From: Tannerellaceae bacterium
Lineage (GTDB): Bacteria; Bacteroidota; Bacteroidia; Bacteroidales; Tannerellaceae
Length of the DNA stretch: 40,188 nucleotides
Assembly: GCA_031285925.1 (NCBI GenBank)
Contig: JAITVG010000147.1
Coordinates: 1 to 40,188, forward strand
Direction of reading: 5' to 3'
In this document: one piece after another, positions 36,824 through 40,188 of the stretch
Layout: each line of letters starts with the position of its first letter
Position numbering within the stretch: the stretch's first letter is position 1
Translations under genes and position numbers: made by a program
Notes under the pieces: model-generated
The model's database searches: none
Told to the model about the DNA's origin: nothing
Seen by the model: only the letters and a program-made list of their open reading frames with translations

Positions 36824-36961
36824 TGTGTCAAAAGTCGCTTAAAAGATTAAACACAGAGGCACGGAGGCTCAGAGTTTTTTATTATGCTGATAATGAGTAA
36901 AATAAAAACTCCGTTTCTCTGTGCCTCTGTGTTTAATCTCTTCAAATTGACTTTTGACACA
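36824..36961. mobile_element. MITE-like nested inverted-repeat element (138 bp); likely also acts as terminator
   Basis: 13-bp perfect terminal IR TGTGTCAAAAGTC / GACTTTTGACACA and inner 19-bp perfect IR AGATTAAACACAGAGGCAC (36844-36862 / 36921-36939), with A run before and T run after. Confidence 0.65.
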
Positions 36962-37054
36962 CCCCTTTTTTTCTGACTTCGCCACCGGGTAATCCTGAGG
37001 AATACCCGGATATAGCCGAATTGCCTGCCTCAACAGGGACACCTGCAAAGGACA

Positions 37055-37597
37055 TTATCCAAAATAGTCTTTCAGTTCGGTTCTTAATATCTCAAGGGCT
37101 TTGTTGCGATAGCGTTCTACGGTGCGGACTGAAACGCCCAATATTTCCGCTATTTCCGCTGTCGATTTGTTCTCCATACGCGACATTTCGAATGCGATAC
37201 GATATTCTTCCGGCAAACCGGACAGCGTACGGTTGTACATCTCCTCCAATTCGTGCAACATGAATACGTGTTCGCTATCCTCTGCGTAAGCGGGTATTTT
37301 TCCGATCTCCATCTCGTCCATAAATTCCGCCTTGTTCGTTTTGCGCAGATAATTCAGACAGTGATTCTTCACGCTCGTAATCAAATAATTGAAGATGGGA
37401 ATAGAATAGTCGATCTTCTTCCGATTGATCCATAATGCGCAAAAAACATCCTGCACAAGGTCTTCCCGTGTATTTGAGTCCTGCACATAACGCTTGGCAT
37501 ATATGCACAGGTCAGCATAATATCGATCGAACATTTTTCGGAAAGTAAACTCATCGTTCAACGATGATTCCCATAACCGGTCATGATCTTTTGTCAT
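37055..37597 (-). CDS. ECF RNA polymerase sigma-70 factor (no adjacent anti-sigma)
   Basis: EDLVQDVFCALW, YLITSVKNHCLNYLR, LPEEYRIAFEMSR and EIAEILGVSVRTVERY. Confidence 0.94.
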   Translation of the reverse strand: MTKDHDRLWESSLNDEFTFRKMFDRYYADLCIYAKRYVQDSNTREDLVQDVFCALWINRKKIDYSIPIFNYLITSVKNHCLNYLRKTNKAEFMDEMEIGKIPAYAEDSEHVFMLHELEEMYNRTLSGLPEEYRIAFEMSRMENKSTAEIAEILGVSVRTVERYRNKALEILRTELKDYFG

Positions 37598-37600
37598 GAG

Positions 37601-37610
37601 TCACCTCCTT
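37601..37610 (-). promoter_or_regulatory. Extended Shine-Dalgarno AAGGAGGTGA
   Basis: Minus strand reads AAGGAGGTGACTC-ATG(37597). Confidence 0.6.
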
Positions 37611-37629
37611 TTTATTTTCTAAATAAAGA

Positions 37630-37637
37630 CAAATGTA
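37630..37637 (-). promoter_or_regulatory. -7 box (TACATTTG) for the orphan ECF sigma
   Basis: TAnnTTTG on the minus strand 32 bp upstream of the ATG. Confidence 0.6.
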
Positions 37638-37769
37638 TCATTTTTTTGCTGTAAGTGTAAGTAAGAAACTGTTTAAACTTTATTTTTTGATTATAAATCC
37701 TTTGCCAAAAGCAATGAATTTATGACAGAGATATGCCCGTCAACTAATTGGAACTCCTTGATGTTTTGT

Positions 37770-37835
37770 TGCTTTGTACGTATACTTTTTATCTTTTCAC
37801 AGCTGTGAAAAGATAAAAAGTATACGTACAAAGCA
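37770..37835. repeat. Perfect 66-bp palindrome
   Basis: TGCTTTGTACGTATACTTTTTATCTTTTCACAG followed directly by its exact reverse complement, centred on CACAGCTGTG. Confidence 0.95.
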
Positions 37836-37903
37836 CTAAAAGTATACGTACAAAGCACTAAAAGTAGCTGAAGAAATCACTAAAAGTCGTTGTGTGAGCC
37901 ACT
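37816..37903. repeat. 22-bp tandem array (family C), four units
   Basis: AAAAGTATACGTACAAAGCACT x2, AAAAGTAGCTGAAGAAATCACT, AAAAGTCGTTGTGTGAGCCACT. Confidence 0.9.
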
Positions 37904-37978
37904 AATCTATGAACAGGCGTAATTTTTCATGCCATCGGAAGTTGGTGTTATACACTTTCCGGTTACGAACTTTATATT

Positions 37979-37986
37979 TACTTTTG
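37979..37986 (+). promoter_or_regulatory. -7 box (TACTTTTG) for the third ECF sigma
   Basis: TAnnTTTG match about 70 bp upstream of the start. Confidence 0.45.
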
Positions 37987-38058
37987 ATGTCGGTAACCCC
38001 GTTGTTATCTTTTTATCGTTGCAACAATGTCAATTCAAATTAAAAACATAAGGGCTTG

Positions 38059-38643
38059 ATGTTAAGTAATAAGGGCACAGACAGTTTGAATGAAACTCTT
38101 CAACTATTAAAGGAAGGGTCTTATCAAGCCTTTGATCAAGTATATCGGGAATACTTTGACTTGCTCTACGGTTTTATCCTTAAACTAACCCATTCGCATG
38201 ACAGGACGAAAGAGATTGTACAGGAAACATTCATAAAAGTGTGGCTGAACAAAGAAAAGGTCAATCCGGATTTGCCTTTTAAGGCATGGCTTTTCAAGAT
38301 AGCTCAAAATATGGTGGTTGATGAAATGCGGAAACAGTTTTCCGATTCGGTTTTTGAAAATTACCTTGACCATCTTACCAACGAGAAACTTACGGTTTCA
38401 ATACAGGACACTTTTGATTTCGATTTGTTCAGGAAAGCATTGTCGGATGCTAAAAAGTTACTTTCTCCAAGACAATTGCAAGTTTTCGAACTATGCCGGG
38501 AAACAGGGATTCCTCCCAATGAGGTTGCCGCCAAATTACATTTAAGCAAACAAACCGTTTATAATTATCTCAACCAGGCTTTGTGTATTCTGCGAAAAGA
38601 AATGAGTTCATTCGTCATACTGTTCTCTCTTTTCTTTTCCTGA
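38059..38643 (+). CDS. ECF RNA polymerase sigma-70 factor
   Basis: AFDQVYREY, EIVQETFIKVW, FKAWLFKIAQN, LSPRQLQVFEL and EVAAKLHLSKQTVYNYL. ATG 38059 (TTG 38056 is an alternative). Confidence 0.94.
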   Translation: MLSNKGTDSLNETLQLLKEGSYQAFDQVYREYFDLLYGFILKLTHSHDRTKEIVQETFIKVWLNKEKVNPDLPFKAWLFKIAQNMVVDEMRKQFSDSVFENYLDHLTNEKLTVSIQDTFDFDLFRKALSDAKKLLSPRQLQVFELCRETGIPPNEVAAKLHLSKQTVYNYLNQALCILRKEMSSFVILFSLFFS

Positions 38644-38670
38644 ATCTGTTTTATAACATATAATAAAGGC

Positions 38671-38696
38671 AAGTAGATTACCACTTGTCCTCCGTA
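38671..38696 (+). promoter_or_regulatory. Putative ECF-sigma promoter for fecR (AAGTA-N17-CGTA)
   Basis: Parallels 30296-30320. Confidence 0.4.
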
Positions 38697-38719
38697 TCTA
38701 CTATAAACGAAGGATCAGA

Positions 38720-39712
38720 ATGAATCTGCAAGACCCCGAACACATACTTGTAAAATACTTTCAAGCGCAGCAACTGACAAAGGATGAAATAAATATTCTC
38801 AGGTCATACGTGCTTGAAACAAAAGACACTTCATTGATAAATGATTTGCAGGAATTATGGTTGTCCTACGACGGCGCCGGAGAAAGAAACCGGGAATCAT
38901 TTGATGAAGTGCTGCATTCCATTCAGGATGTGATACTGTCTGAAAAGAGAAAGCCTGCATTATTTTTTATCCGGAGAATTGCGGCGGCAGTGTTACTTCC
39001 CGTATTTCTGTTGTCTACTGTTTATCTTTACCTTGAAAAGGAATCTATTAAAACGTCTATCTCCCGGGAATACCGCTTGGAAGCCGAAAAAGGAGAAAGG
39101 GCTTCCATTATTTTACCCGACGGTACGAAAGTATATTTAAATTCGGAATCTTCGCTCAGTTATCCTGCCTCTTATGTAGTGGACAATCGCAGTGTATATC
39201 TGTCCGGAGAAGCTTACTTTGAGGTAACTCATGATCCGGCACATCCGTTTGTTGTAACGACAGATAAGGCGCGGGTACAGGTATACGGGACTGCTTTTAA
39301 TATTTGCGCCTATCCGGCAGACACTATTTTTGAAGCGACACTGGTTGAAGGTAAGGTGGAAGTTACCCTCTGTGACGATTCGGAACAAAGCGTTTTCTTA
39401 AAGCCCAATCAAAAAGCCAGTTATAATACAGGAAGCGGACGGTTGCAGGTTCATAGCACCGACTTGCGGATAGAGACGGCCTGGAAGCGGGGAGACCTTA
39501 TTTTCCGCTCACAGCCTTTGGAAGCGATATTCAATAAGTTGGAATCATTTTATGGAGCAACTATTTATGCGAAAGGAACATATCCCGAAAATTTATTCAC
39601 GGGCAGTTTCCATGAAGATGAAATCGGCGAGGTGTTGAATAATTTGCAGCAGCATTACAGTTTCTCTTTCCGTAAATCAGGAAATGAGATACATATTCTG
39701 TTCGGCCGGTAA
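38720..39712 (+). CDS. FecR family anti-sigma factor
   Basis: RRIAAAVLLP TM, ILPDGTKVYLNSESSLSYP, LSGEAYFEV, VYGTAFNI and AWKRG. Confidence 0.94.
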   Translation: MNLQDPEHILVKYFQAQQLTKDEINILRSYVLETKDTSLINDLQELWLSYDGAGERNRESFDEVLHSIQDVILSEKRKPALFFIRRIAAAVLLPVFLLSTVYLYLEKESIKTSISREYRLEAEKGERASIILPDGTKVYLNSESSLSYPASYVVDNRSVYLSGEAYFEVTHDPAHPFVVTTDKARVQVYGTAFNICAYPADTIFEATLVEGKVEVTLCDDSEQSVFLKPNQKASYNTGSGRLQVHSTDLRIETAWKRGDLIFRSQPLEAIFNKLESFYGATIYAKGTYPENLFTGSFHEDEIGEVLNNLQQHYSFSFRKSGNEIHILFGR

Positions 39713-39758
39713 ATAATACAAAATCCCAAATGCCTATGCGAAAGAAGTAAAATAAGAG

Positions 39759-39825
39759 AAAAAGCCGATACAATCAGTCAGTCGGCAAACTGAGAAATAA
39801 CGATTTTAGTATCAACTCTGTTTTT
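39759..39825 (-). ncRNA. Candidate cis-antisense sRNA to the second susC leader
   Basis: Minus-strand TAGATTTA (one mismatch to TAnnTTTG) overlapping the susC ATG, and a GCCGA / TCGGC hairpin (39764-39786) followed by TTTTT on the minus strand. Confidence 0.4.
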
Positions 39826-39839
39826 GAAATAATAAATCT

Positions 39840-40188
39840 ATGTACTACTTGAAAGTAAAAAAAAGAATACCATGCAAACCTGATGTTTCGCGTCTTGTAC
39901 GGATTGTGTTTATTGCATTTTTTCTATTTGCACCTTATTGTTTGTTCGCTCAAGATGCAACTGTCAGTATTTCAGTCAAACAAGTATCCTTGAAAGAACT
40001 GTTAGCTGAAATCGAAAAAAAATCGGACATTCGCTTTTCATATATCGATGAAAACCTGGGTAATGACAAAGACATTACGCTATCTGTCCGGAACGAATCT
40101 ATTGAAAGCCTGTTGAATAAAATCCTTCCCGGCAAAGGGTTTGAATTTATCAAAACAGGAAATACCATCGCCATTAAGAAAATCAATA
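39840..40188 (+). CDS. SusC-like TonB-dependent transducer, N-terminus with STN domain (runs off window)
   Basis: Open frame from ATG 39840: MYYLKV...CLFAQDATVSISVKQVSLKELLAEIEKKSDIRFSY...SIESLLNKIL. It follows fecR and is missing from the ORF track because it has no stop in the window. Confidence 0.88.
   Translation, partial: MYYLKVKKRIPCKPDVSRLVRIVFIAFFLFAPYCLFAQDATVSISVKQVSLKELLAEIEKKSDIRFSYIDENLGNDKDITLSVRNESIESLLNKILPGKGFEFIKTGNTIAIKKIN

Noticed and set aside
37816-37903. CRISPR array
   Set aside because: A 10-bp repeat and 12-bp spacers are far below CRISPR sizes, and no cas genes are present. The same applies to the other 22-bp arrays.
39950-40186. 78-aa minus-strand ORF
   Set aside because: It is antisense to the clear STN-domain SusC N-terminus starting at 39840.

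Overview
A 40-kb chromosomal window from a Bacteroidales bacterium (Parabacteroides/Tannerellaceae-like gene order, TAnnTTTG promoters). The left half (1-19.3 kb) is housekeeping: end of sufD, EamA transporter, dnaB, a 4Fe-4S membrane protein with a DUF362 partner, a lone wcaJ-type glycosyl-phosphotransferase, ruvX, def, carboxyltransferase plus biotin carrier, coaX, outer-membrane protein, TPR protein, lptC, HlyC/CorC, SurA/PpiD and rlmN. The right half is accessory glycan-utilisation DNA: a minus-strand PUL (ECF sigma, FecR, SusC, SusD, unknown lipoprotein, GH106-like enzyme), a stand-alone SusC/SusD pair, an orphan ECF sigma, and the start of a second ECF/FecR/SusC locus. The most unusual signals are intergenic. 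(i) Five short arrays from three unrelated sequence families share a 22-bp period (about 10-bp core plus 12-bp spacer); in two families modules occur in flipped orientation, and the third is fused to a perfect 66-bp palindrome. (ii) An unannotated IS110 transposase stub keeps a structured upstream non-coding end, a bridge-RNA candidate. (iii) Both fecR-susC spacers carry candidate antisense sRNA units and an ATGCCTATG (MPMR) micro-ORF. (iv) A nested MITE-like hairpin lies behind one susD and a short relative behind the other. All product calls come from motif recognition by eye; no searches were run.
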